Below are positions 1-6,805 of a DNA stretch of 25,680 bases, one piece after another (position 1 is the stretch's first letter; each line of letters begins with the position of its first letter). The stretch is from a virus (Duplodnaviria > Caudoviricetes), in the IMG/VR virus record IMGVR_UViG_3300012924_000025, positions 1 through 25,680 of that record. One strand, given 5' to 3'. The position numbers and the translations under genes are program-made. The notes under the pieces were generated by a model, which had not been told where the DNA came from, made no database searches, and saw only the letters and a program-made list of their open reading frames with translations.

Positions 1-437
1 TCAACCGTCCCTCGGAAGAAATCAAACCCGCGCCGGTGCTCCCCCAGGGCAGCTACCACGCCGTGGTCCTCGGGCTTCCAGAACAAGGAGAATCCTCCCA
101 GAAGAAAACCCCCCAACTGAAGTTCATCCTGAAGATCCTCGCCGCCCTCGAAGATGTCTCCGATGAAGACATCGCGGAGTTCGAGGCCGTGGATGACAAA
201 GGCCTTGGCGAAAAGGTCGTCGGCCAGGAGATCGAGAACATCCTCTACATCACCGACAAGTCCGCGATCATGCTGAAGGAGTTCATCCTGAACTGTGGCG
301 TGGACCTAACCGGCCGATCCCTTGCCGAAGGTATCGACGACACCCCCAACGCGGAGTTGATCATCAATATCAAACACGAGGAGATGAAAAACGGCCGGGT
401 GTTTGCCAAGGTCGGCTCCACCGCGAGGCTGGGCTAA
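1..437 (+). CDS. DUF669-like putative ssDNA-binding protein, 5'-truncated by window edge
   Basis: Frame is open from base 3 (NRPSEEIKPAPVLPQGSYHAVV...). The 'P-LP-G-Y' start, 'SSQKKTPQLKF' strand and C-terminal 'KHEEMKNGRVFAKVG' resemble phage DUF669/SSB-like OB folds. Lies in the replication module. Confidence 0.6.
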   Translation, partial: NRPSEEIKPAPVLPQGSYHAVVLGLPEQGESSQKKTPQLKFILKILAALEDVSDEDIAEFEAVDDKGLGEKVVGQEIENILYITDKSAIMLKEFILNCGVDLTGRSLAEGIDDTPNAELIINIKHEEMKNGRVFAKVGSTARLG

Positions 438-441
438 CGAC

Positions 442-603
442 ATGGCCGAGGAAAAGAAAGACCCCAACGAGAACCGTGAAGGCTACGAGCTATTCGATGG
501 CAAGTGGCAGAAGGTGATCAACGGGGATCGTAGTGGCTGGTGGCGGTTCCACGACCACTACGACCGCGATGGATACTGCGACAACCCTAATCGCGGGTAC
601 TAA
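442..603 (+). CDS. hypothetical protein, 53 aa, Trp/Asp-rich
   Basis: ATG at 442, 4 nt after the upstream stop, with GAGG upstream. MAEEKKDPNENREGY...HDHYDRDGYCDNPNRGY. Confidence 0.65.
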   Translation: MAEEKKDPNENREGYELFDGKWQKVINGDRSGWWRFHDHYDRDGYCDNPNRGY

Positions 604-612
604 TCACTCCTG

Positions 613-641
613 GGGAGGGGCCAATCCCGGCCCCTCCCTTT
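613..641 (+). terminator. GC-rich stem-loop, possible weak intrinsic terminator or processing site
   Basis: Perfect 10-bp stem GGGAGGGGCC (613-622) / GGCCCCTCCC (629-638), loop AATCCC, then only TTT. Sits in an intergenic gap. Confidence 0.5.
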
Positions 642-657
642 CCTCTAAGGATCCCAA

Positions 658-1083
658 ATGTCCAAACACACCAAGGTACAACCAATCATGGGTGAGCCAT
701 TCGATGTCAACCAGATCGACGAAGAGTTTGCGGGGCTCGTCCAAGAAGCACATGACCGATCTGGAGAGAGGATTGGCCGTCTCCGCCTTCCAAGAGGGGA
801 TGGCGATCAAGATCATAGCCAGGGCGCTCCGGCGCAGTCCAGGGACGATCAGGGAATTCCTCCAGAAGCGCCTGCGGAGGACCCAATTAACCCCTCGTAC
901 TACCGACAGCACCCAAGTGGGGTTGAATGCATCGACGTCGTCGAGCACATGACTTACAATCTCGGCACTGCGTATGCATATATCTGGCGGGCTGGGAAGA
1001 AGGGGGATATCGTAGAAGATCTCCGCAAGGCCCAGTGGTATCTGGACCGGGAGATCATGCGGCTGACGAGGGCGCCGAGATGA
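658..1083 (+). CDS. DUF3310 (SaV / T7 gp1.7 nucleotide-kinase-like) protein with disordered N-terminal extension
   Basis: C-terminal DPINPSYY..SGVECIDV...NLGTAYAYIWRAGKKG..EDLRKAQWYLDREI is the typical DUF3310 signature. SD AAGGA precedes the ATG. Confidence 0.85.
   Translation: MSKHTKVQPIMGEPFDVNQIDEEFAGLVQEAHDRSGERIGRLRLPRGDGDQDHSQGAPAQSRDDQGIPPEAPAEDPINPSYYRQHPSGVECIDVVEHMTYNLGTAYAYIWRAGKKGDIVEDLRKAQWYLDREIMRLTRAPR
704..952 (+). CDS. overprinted (+1 frame) helix-turn-helix protein, 82 aa (alternative start 752)
   Basis: KHMTDLERGLAVSAFQEGMAIKIIARALRRSPGTIREFLQKR matches the HTH_38/IS30-type pattern HLT..ER........G.S...IAR.L.RS..TI.RE..R. GGTGAG lies 7 nt before ATG 704. Confidence 0.65.
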   Translation: MSTRSTKSLRGSSKKHMTDLERGLAVSAFQEGMAIKIIARALRRSPGTIREFLQKRLRRTQLTPRTTDSTQVGLNASTSSST

Positions 1084-1307
1084 AACACGCAAGAGCCGAC
1101 TATGATCGTTTTCAAGATCCAGAAGGGATAATTCCTGCTGACGAGCCGGTGTTCTTACTTCGTGGTCAAGATAAATTGGCATGGCATGTGGTTAAGATAT
1201 ACGCATTCTGTGTTGGACTGACTGGTGACACTCATATGGCTAAGGTCTGCAAGGACTGGGCCAATGTGATGCGAGACTGGCCAAAGAAAAAGACACCTGA
1301 CTTATGA
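1080..1307 (+). CDS. hypothetical phage protein, 75 aa (DEPVFLLRxQD motif)
   Basis: ATGA overlaps with both neighbours. About 44% GC over 1101-1240. Confidence 0.75.
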   Translation: MKHARADYDRFQDPEGIIPADEPVFLLRGQDKLAWHVVKIYAFCVGLTGDTHMAKVCKDWANVMRDWPKKKTPDL

Positions 1308-2404
1308 AACCCATCCTCCTCGTCGGCGAACAACAAGGCGAGGCAGAGGCGAAGATCTCCCGAACCTTCGTCGGCACCACCGGGGCGGAACTATTGCGAA
1401 TGCTCCACGACGCGGGGGTCATTGAATTGACCCCCTCGGACCGTTCCTGCCTCTCTCGCTTCTATCGCTCTCGCGACCCCTGGACCCTGGACGCAATCTG
1501 GCGGGCCCATCCCGAAGTCTTCCGAACCAACGTGTTCCAACAATTCCCTCCAGCCAACGATCTCACATTCTTCTGCGGCCCGAAGAAGGAGGGGATCCCC
1601 GGCTACCCTATGCTCGCCAAGTCCAAATACATCCGAAAGGAATTCCAACATGAACTCGATCGCCTCGGCAATGAAATCCTTGCGCACGATCCTAATCTCA
1701 TCATCTGTCTCGGTAACACTGCTCTTTGGGCTCTGGCTGGCCGGACAGGCATCACGAAGCTTCGGGGTACCACCTGCGTTTCTACTCATCTTGTGTCTGG
1801 CTACAAGCTGCTACTTACGTACCACCCGTCTGCGGTCACGCGCCAATGGGAACTCCGCCCCGCCACCGTCGCGGATCTCTCCAAGGCCCTGAAGGAAAAG
1901 GACCACCCCGATGTCCGACGCCCCCAATGCACCATCTGGATTGAACCCAGCCTTGACGACATTGCTAGATTCATCCGAGATCACATCGTTGGATGCAAAA
2001 TCCTTTCTGTTGATATTGAGACTTCTGGCAATCAGATCACATGCATTGGATTCGCTCCACGACCAGACCTTGCGCTTGTTGTTCCAATCCATGACTCCCG
2101 GAACGCGAAGGGAAGCTATTGGCCATCTCCGATCGATGAGCGGCGGTGTTGGGAGCTTATACGTCCGGTCCTTGAGGCTACAGAAATACCTAAGCTCTTC
2201 CAGAACGGACTCTACGATATTCCCTTCATCCTCAGGACAACGGGGATCAGAGTAATGGGGGCGACGGAGGACACCATGCTTCTGCACCATGCCTTGCAAC
2301 CAGAAAGCCTGAAGAGCCTTGGGTTCCTGGGGTCGATCTATACGGATCACGGGCCTTGGAAGAGCGAGCGGAAGGGAACCGACACAATAAAGCGTGATGA
2401 ATGA
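1304..2404 (+). CDS. uracil-DNA-glycosylase-like domain fused to DEDD 3'-5' exonuclease (N-terminal part of split DNA polymerase A)
   Basis: Family-4-like UDG motifs LVGEQQG..E, FVG..G, TNV, ICLGNTA, TYHPSA. Exo I VDIET and Exo II FQNGLYD, then DTMLLHH and SLGFLGS. Confidence 0.85.
   Translation: MKPILLVGEQQGEAEAKISRTFVGTTGAELLRMLHDAGVIELTPSDRSCLSRFYRSRDPWTLDAIWRAHPEVFRTNVFQQFPPANDLTFFCGPKKEGIPGYPMLAKSKYIRKEFQHELDRLGNEILAHDPNLIICLGNTALWALAGRTGITKLRGTTCVSTHLVSGYKLLLTYHPSAVTRQWELRPATVADLSKALKEKDHPDVRRPQCTIWIEPSLDDIARFIRDHIVGCKILSVDIETSGNQITCIGFAPRPDLALVVPIHDSRNAKGSYWPSPIDERRCWELIRPVLEATEIPKLFQNGLYDIPFILRTTGIRVMGATEDTMLLHHALQPESLKSLGFLGSIYTDHGPWKSERKGTDTIKRDE
1650..1892 (+). CDS. overprinted (+1) putative two-TM membrane protein, 80 aa
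   Basis: AAAGGA lies 8 nt before the ATG. Two hydrophobic segments and a basic tail. Host-frame codons end in T in 24/61 here versus 5/60 at the gene start. Confidence 0.55.
   Translation: MNSIASAMKSLRTILISSSVSVTLLFGLWLAGQASRSFGVPPAFLLILCLATSCYLRTTRLRSRANGNSAPPPSRISPRP
1911..2255 (+). CDS. overprinted (+1) Leu-rich hypothetical protein, 114 aa
   Basis: AAGGA lies 8 nt before the ATG. About 20/47 host codons end in T over roughly 1952-2092. Confidence 0.45.
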   Translation: MSDAPNAPSGLNPALTTLLDSSEITSLDAKSFLLILRLLAIRSHALDSLHDQTLRLLFQSMTPGTRREAIGHLRSMSGGVGSLYVRSLRLQKYLSSSRTDSTIFPSSSGQRGSE

Positions 2405-3900
2405 GAATAATCCAAACCTCCGATTGCACACCAGATGAAATCCCCTCCCAGGAAGAACGCGATTGGGTCTACAACGGACTCGACTGCTGCATCACAGCGG
2501 AGATTTTGGATGTGCTACTTCCTCAACTAGATGACCACACAACCAAAACATATGCCTTTAGCCGTGCATTGCAGGGACCTGTTCTCGAGATGCAACTGCG
2601 GGGAATACTTGTGGACCAAGCCCGACGCCACGAGGTCATCGAGGATTACTACGACAAAATAGATCTCCTCGCGGATCAACTCGATGAGATCGTCCTGAAT
2701 GGGGTTGGCATGCCCACCTTCAACTGGCGCTCCAACCCCGACCTCCAGCGCCTGTTCTACGAACACCTCGCCATCCCAGTGATCCGCAACCGCGGCCGAC
2801 CCACGTGTGATCACAAAGCCCTGGAGAAAATGCAACTCTATGTGGTGGCCCGGCCGATTGTGAACCGTCTCTTGGTGATGCGTGAACTGCAAAAAAAGAT
2901 CGATTTCCTCAAAACCGGAGTAGACCCTGATGGACGAATCCGCACCTCTTACAACATCCCTGGAACAAACACAGGCCGATTTAGCTCAAGCTATAGCGAA
3001 TTTGGCACTGGCGGAAATCTACAAAACGTCGAGGAGAGCCTTAGAAGCGTTTTCATCAGCGATCCGGGATGGAAGTTCGCCAAGTTCGACGCCAAAAGTG
3101 GGGAATCCTACATCGTCGGGGCCATCGAGGGCAACCTCTTCGACGATTGGAGATATCTAGATGCAGTCGAATCTGGAGACGTGCATACAACGGTTGCTCG
3201 AATGTGTTGGCCCGACCTTGGGTGGACAGGTGACTTGGCAAGAGACACGGAAATCGCCGAACGACCATTCTACCGACATTACAGTTACCGTTTCATGTGC
3301 AAGAAACTCGGCCATGGAAGCAACTACGGAGGCCAGCCCCAAACCCTCGCCATGCAAACCACCCTCCCCGAGCCCATCGTTATCGGATTTCAGCCTAAGT
3401 ACTTCGCGGCATTTCCTGCCCATCTACGATGGCACGAATGGACCGATGATCAACTACGAAGAATTGGATTCCTTGTTACGCTCACAGGGCGTAGGCGTTG
3501 GTTCTTCGGTCGACGTACTGAAGCATCCACTCTCCGGGAGGCTATCGCTTACGATCCACAGGGAAGCCTAGCCGACATCGTAAACCGCGCAATGCTCCGC
3601 ATCTGGCGCAAGCGCCCGTGCCTCCTGATGATGCAAGACCACGACGCGCTGACATTTATGTACCGAGAAGAAATGGAAGATGAAATCATACCAACGCTCC
3701 AGCGAATGCTCCCCGAGGAGATCCCCCTTCAGCACGGCCGGGCAATGTGCATCCCATACGATTGCAAAATAGGCTGGAACAAGGGGGAATACCATGCTGA
3801 AGAAAACCCAGACGGGCTCAGGAACTTTGGGGGAGGGGACAATCGAAGACGTCAGCCGAAAGTGTCCCTCGTGGATCGATTGCTTCATAGAAAACACTGA
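2401..3900 (+). CDS. polA: DNA polymerase family A, polymerase part (begins with Exo III motif)
   Basis: YNGLD (Exo III), FNWRS, TGRFSS, NLQN, motif A DAKSGE, motif B RFMCKKLGHGSNYG, TLTGRRR, PQGSLAD, motif C QDHDAL. Confidence 0.95.
   Translation: MRIIQTSDCTPDEIPSQEERDWVYNGLDCCITAEILDVLLPQLDDHTTKTYAFSRALQGPVLEMQLRGILVDQARRHEVIEDYYDKIDLLADQLDEIVLNGVGMPTFNWRSNPDLQRLFYEHLAIPVIRNRGRPTCDHKALEKMQLYVVARPIVNRLLVMRELQKKIDFLKTGVDPDGRIRTSYNIPGTNTGRFSSSYSEFGTGGNLQNVEESLRSVFISDPGWKFAKFDAKSGESYIVGAIEGNLFDDWRYLDAVESGDVHTTVARMCWPDLGWTGDLARDTEIAERPFYRHYSYRFMCKKLGHGSNYGGQPQTLAMQTTLPEPIVIGFQPKYFAAFPAHLRWHEWTDDQLRRIGFLVTLTGRRRWFFGRRTEASTLREAIAYDPQGSLADIVNRAMLRIWRKRPCLLMMQDHDALTFMYREEMEDEIIPTLQRMLPEEIPLQHGRAMCIPYDCKIGWNKGEYHAEENPDGLRNFGGGDNRRRQPKVSLVDRLLHRKH
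2930..3160 (+). CDS. overprinted (+1) helical hypothetical protein, 76 aa
   Basis: GGAG lies 9 nt before the ATG. Amphipathic helix LEQTQADLAQAIANLALAEIYK. A/T-ending host codons about 24/47 versus about 7/42 at 2701-2826. Confidence 0.45.
   Translation: MDESAPLTTSLEQTQADLAQAIANLALAEIYKTSRRALEAFSSAIRDGSSPSSTPKVGNPTSSGPSRATSSTIGDI
3161..3571 (+). CDS. overprinted (+1) hypothetical protein, 136 aa (possible second start at 3446)
   Basis: GGAG lies 8 nt before the ATG, which abuts the TAG of the previous +1 ORF (TAGATG). Confidence 0.4.
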   Translation: MQSNLETCIQRLLECVGPTLGGQVTWQETRKSPNDHSTDITVTVSCARNSAMEATTEASPKPSPCKPPSPSPSLSDFSLSTSRHFLPIYDGTNGPMINYEELDSLLRSQGVGVGSSVDVLKHPLSGRLSLTIHREA

Positions 3901-5056
3901 GATCCTGGAGAGCCCACGGATCTGGCGCCAGTGGGCCGCGATCTCGACCATCGCGGCAGTGGTGGAGCAGAGGGTTTATGTGCGAAGCGGTGGGGATCGG
4001 CTCTACCCGAACATCTACTGCGGGCTAATCGGCCACGCCGGAACCGGGAAGACCCGGTCCATCTACAAAGGCCGCGACTACTACATGACCATCGAGGAAC
4101 CCCATCCGGCACCCACCTCTATGTCCGCCGCCTCGATGATCGACTCGCTGAGCAAATACAAACGAAAGATATTGATGCCCGAGGACGGGCCCCTGGAATA
4201 CAACTCCATGTACATCACCGCCGACGAACTCTCTGCGTTCATGCATAAATACGACGAAGAAGCCATCGGCACCATGTCGGCCTTTTACGACCCGCGGGCC
4301 TATGGGCAAACCCGGCGGGGGAATGACATTAACATCAAGATCAAGAGCCCCCAACTCAATCTAATTGTAGGCACCACCCCTTCCAACCTACTCCACTACA
4401 TGCCCGAATCCGCCTGGGAACAAGGCTTCACCTCGCGGATCATCCTTGTATTCTCCGACGAAAGGACCATTGGTGATGACTTCCAAGACGTTGATAACAG
4501 CCTTAACCCTGATCTCATTGCTGACCTGCGCCATATCGCTTCACTCGTGGGTCAGTTCCATGTCACAGAAGATTATCGCTCGCTCGTCAACCAGTGGCGA
4601 CAATTGGGGGAGCCTCCGGTCGTCTCACACCCAAAGCTTATCCACTACGGCACCCGAAGGCGTGTACATTTGTACAAACTCTCAATGGTCAGTGCGATTG
4701 ATCGGGGTGACCTGCTCGTACTCACCCGAGATGACTTCAACCGCGCGATGAATTGGATGACCGAGGCCGAGCGGTTCATGCCTGACATATTCAAAGCCGG
4801 CGCGGGGAACGCCGACGCGAAGGCAATGGATCAGATCTTCCACTACGTGCTCACGGAAGGGGTCCGTGGACCGGTCCCGGAGCGCAAAATCATCCGCTTC
4901 GCGAAGGACCTAGTCCCACTCCATTCCATCGAACGGGTGGTCCAAATAATGATAATGTCCCAAATGCTCCGCATGGTGAGGCAAGACTTCCGCACCCAGG
5001 CCCGGTGGTTCAAAGCCGAGGTGCCGGATGTGGATGAGGATGGGAATTTGGTCTAG
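3794..5056 (+). CDS. DUF3987-like AAA+ P-loop ATPase, putative replicative helicase
   Basis: Walker A GHAGTGKT, Walker B ITADE, sensor-1 GTTP, Arg finger GFTSR, possible C-terminal winged helix. SD AAGGGGG. Confidence 0.75.
   Translation: MLKKTQTGSGTLGEGTIEDVSRKCPSWIDCFIENTEILESPRIWRQWAAISTIAAVVEQRVYVRSGGDRLYPNIYCGLIGHAGTGKTRSIYKGRDYYMTIEEPHPAPTSMSAASMIDSLSKYKRKILMPEDGPLEYNSMYITADELSAFMHKYDEEAIGTMSAFYDPRAYGQTRRGNDINIKIKSPQLNLIVGTTPSNLLHYMPESAWEQGFTSRIILVFSDERTIGDDFQDVDNSLNPDLIADLRHIASLVGQFHVTEDYRSLVNQWRQLGEPPVVSHPKLIHYGTRRRVHLYKLSMVSAIDRGDLLVLTRDDFNRAMNWMTEAERFMPDIFKAGAGNADAKAMDQIFHYVLTEGVRGPVPERKIIRFAKDLVPLHSIERVVQIMIMSQMLRMVRQDFRTQARWFKAEVPDVDEDGNLV
4476..4751 (+). CDS. overprinted (+1) protein with N-terminal signal/TM segment, 91 aa
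   Basis: AAAGGA lies 9 nt before the ATG. MTSKTLITALTLISLLTCAISLHSW. About 14/34 T-ending host codons locally. Confidence 0.5.
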   Translation: MTSKTLITALTLISLLTCAISLHSWVSSMSQKIIARSSTSGDNWGSLRSSHTQSLSTTAPEGVYICTNSQWSVRLIGVTCSYSPEMTSTAR

Positions 5057-5355
5057 GGGTATTCTCCGTCCACGGAGGCCCGTGGGTGGGTCATCCACCC
5101 AGCACCCCGGCGAAGGTCTTCGTAATTCCTCTGAAGCATTGTCATCTGATTGTTCAGGTTGGTAATCTGATTCGTCTGCACCGCTTGCATGATCACCACC
5201 TCAGCAAGCTTTTTCAATTCCGATTCCAACCCGGTCAGCTTCTGCCCCATGGCTTTGTTACTCCAATCATTACGCAATACCATACCATAGCCGCCGGCTA
5301 GGAAGAGCAAGGTTTGCACCCCTATGCCAACCAGAAATTCCCAGTGTTCCAGCAT
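5053..5355 (-). CDS. small membrane protein, N-terminal TM + coiled coil (lysis-associated?)
   Basis: FLVGIGVQTLLFLAGGYGMVL followed by a heptad coil. Last gene of the lysis cluster. Confidence 0.7.
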   Translation of the reverse strand: MLEHWEFLVGIGVQTLLFLAGGYGMVLRNDWSNKAMGQKLTGLESELKKLAEVVIMQAVQTNQITNLNNQMTMLQRNYEDLRRGAGWMTHPRASVDGEYP

Positions 5356-5356
5356 C

Positions 5357-5923
5357 TCACAGCCCCGGGATCGGTACCAGCTTGGCGATGCCTGCGGCGC
5401 CGGAAATGGCCGCGGAGATGAATTGAATCACATTGGCCTGGGCTAGCTGCGCCGCCCCTGCGCAAGAGGTGAAGAGCTTCCCTTGTGGAGAGAGATTGTC
5501 AATGATCTCCGCAGCGGTTTCCACATCGGTGAACAGATGTGGATCGGGCTTGGCCATTGGGGTGCCATCCTTATTCTTAAGCCCATCGCCATTTGACTGC
5601 TGGTTCACCACAATGATCGCATCCCAACATTGCTTCCGGATCGCGCCCCCGTTGGTCTGGGCCGCACCTGCCATCGCAGAGGCGTATTGCAAATCCACAA
5701 GCGCTGCGGCTTGGATCTTGGCCCACAAGGCCTCCGCGTCTTTCTTCATATTCCCAGTGAGTTGCAACCCCGTGGAGGGATCTCCATGGAATTTGTTCTT
5801 CGCGTCTTCGACCAGATCACCCGTGAAGACCGGGCCCTGAGGAGCAGGAGCGGCTCGACGTGGGGCCTGAGCGAAAGCCGAGGTTGTTCCCAACGCCAGC
5901 ACCAGTGCCAGTGCGATCCTCAT
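5357..5923 (-). CDS. exported protein with Sec signal peptide and hydrophobic C-terminus (lysis cluster)
   Basis: MRIALALVLALGTTSAFA|Q, two Cys, C-terminus FISAAISGAAGIAKLVPIPGL. No lipobox. Confidence 0.7.
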   Translation of the reverse strand: MRIALALVLALGTTSAFAQAPRRAAPAPQGPVFTGDLVEDAKNKFHGDPSTGLQLTGNMKKDAEALWAKIQAAALVDLQYASAMAGAAQTNGGAIRKQCWDAIIVVNQQSNGDGLKNKDGTPMAKPDPHLFTDVETAAEIIDNLSPQGKLFTSCAGAAQLAQANVIQFISAAISGAAGIAKLVPIPGL

Positions 5924-6279
5924 GACGCAGCCCTCGCGGTTGCATTCACTGCCGCCGTTGCACTCGGCACTGGGGCGATCTTATCAATAGACTTGTCAGT
6001 GGCTATCTTGGCTAGGGTCGCGTTGGCTTTCTCGTTCACGTCAAGATGCTCCACTCCATCCATCGCTAGGACGGATTTAACCTGCGCCCCTTGGCCGGAG
6101 AACATCGTGACAAGGCCACCGAGGACCGCATTGCCAAGGCTACAGATCGATACGATGACATGTGCAGCGTTGGGGCCCATTAGATCAGTAAGCTGGGCCG
6201 TGGAGCCGATTAGGGCTCCGTTGACCACAAGGATGATACCGAGGATTTGTACCGCGGTGAGGTTCTTAAGCGTTTCCAT
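5920..6279 (-). CDS. putative holin-like two-TM membrane protein
   Basis: AAGGAG lies 7 nt before ATG 6279. Two hydrophobic helices. Directly downstream of the endolysin. Confidence 0.6.
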   Translation of the reverse strand: METLKNLTAVQILGIILVVNGALIGSTAQLTDLMGPNAAHVIVSICSLGNAVLGGLVTMFSGQGAQVKSVLAMDGVEHLDVNEKANATLAKIATDKSIDKIAPVPSATAAVNATARAAS

Positions 6280-6805
6280 TCTGGACTCCTTCAATCATCT
6301 TCATTGCAACATCATGGACTTGCTTGTTCCTGTTGAGCCAACCTTTGGTGAACCGAGGCTGATGAAGGCCGATGTAGAACGCCTGCTTCTCAGCGGTATA
6401 GGCATTCAACAGCTTCACCGGATCGGCCAAGGCCTCCTTGAAAGCCTCCCGGGTAATAGCCCCAACCCTCCCATCCGCAGCAACTCCAAGCGCACGCTGG
6501 CCCAAGATGATTGCACGATGGGGACCGGCATTCACGCACATGTCGAAGAAAACATAATCCGTACCAATCGGAATCCGATCGCACCACGGGTCCCAATATT
6601 CATCGTGGTAGATTGCACTGATCTCATCTTCCGAGGCATGGAAGACATCCTGCACTGCAAGGCCCTTCTCCCTCCGCCACGCGTCGTATTCCCTCTGGGT
6701 GATCCCTCGGGACGTACGCCCCCCATGGTCGGCGGGATCGTCATCATTTCCACCCTCGGACTTGAGCACTTCCCTCAGGCTCGCATTGAAATTCATCGCC
6801 GTCAT
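6266..6805 (-). CDS. endolysin, glycoside hydrolase family 108 with PG_binding_3 domain
   Basis: EGGNDDDPADHGGRTSRGIT, IYHDEYW, FDMCVNAG, DGRVG..T, FTKGWLNR. Confidence 0.92.
   Translation of the reverse strand: MTAMNFNASLREVLKSEGGNDDDPADHGGRTSRGITQREYDAWRREKGLAVQDVFHASEDEISAIYHDEYWDPWCDRIPIGTDYVFFDMCVNAGPHRAIILGQRALGVAADGRVGAITREAFKEALADPVKLLNAYTAEKQAFYIGLHQPRFTKGWLNRNKQVHDVAMKMIEGVQNGNA

Noticed and set aside
2390-2410. Intein, intron or stop-codon readthrough joining the polymerase halves
   Set aside because: The frames differ, there is no intervening sequence or intein terminal motif, and ordinary genes use TGA, TAA and TAG as stops.
5053-5100. Bidirectional terminator at the convergence point
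   Set aside because: The genes overlap at CTAG. Only a 5-bp stem (CTCCG/CGGAG) without a U-tract is present.
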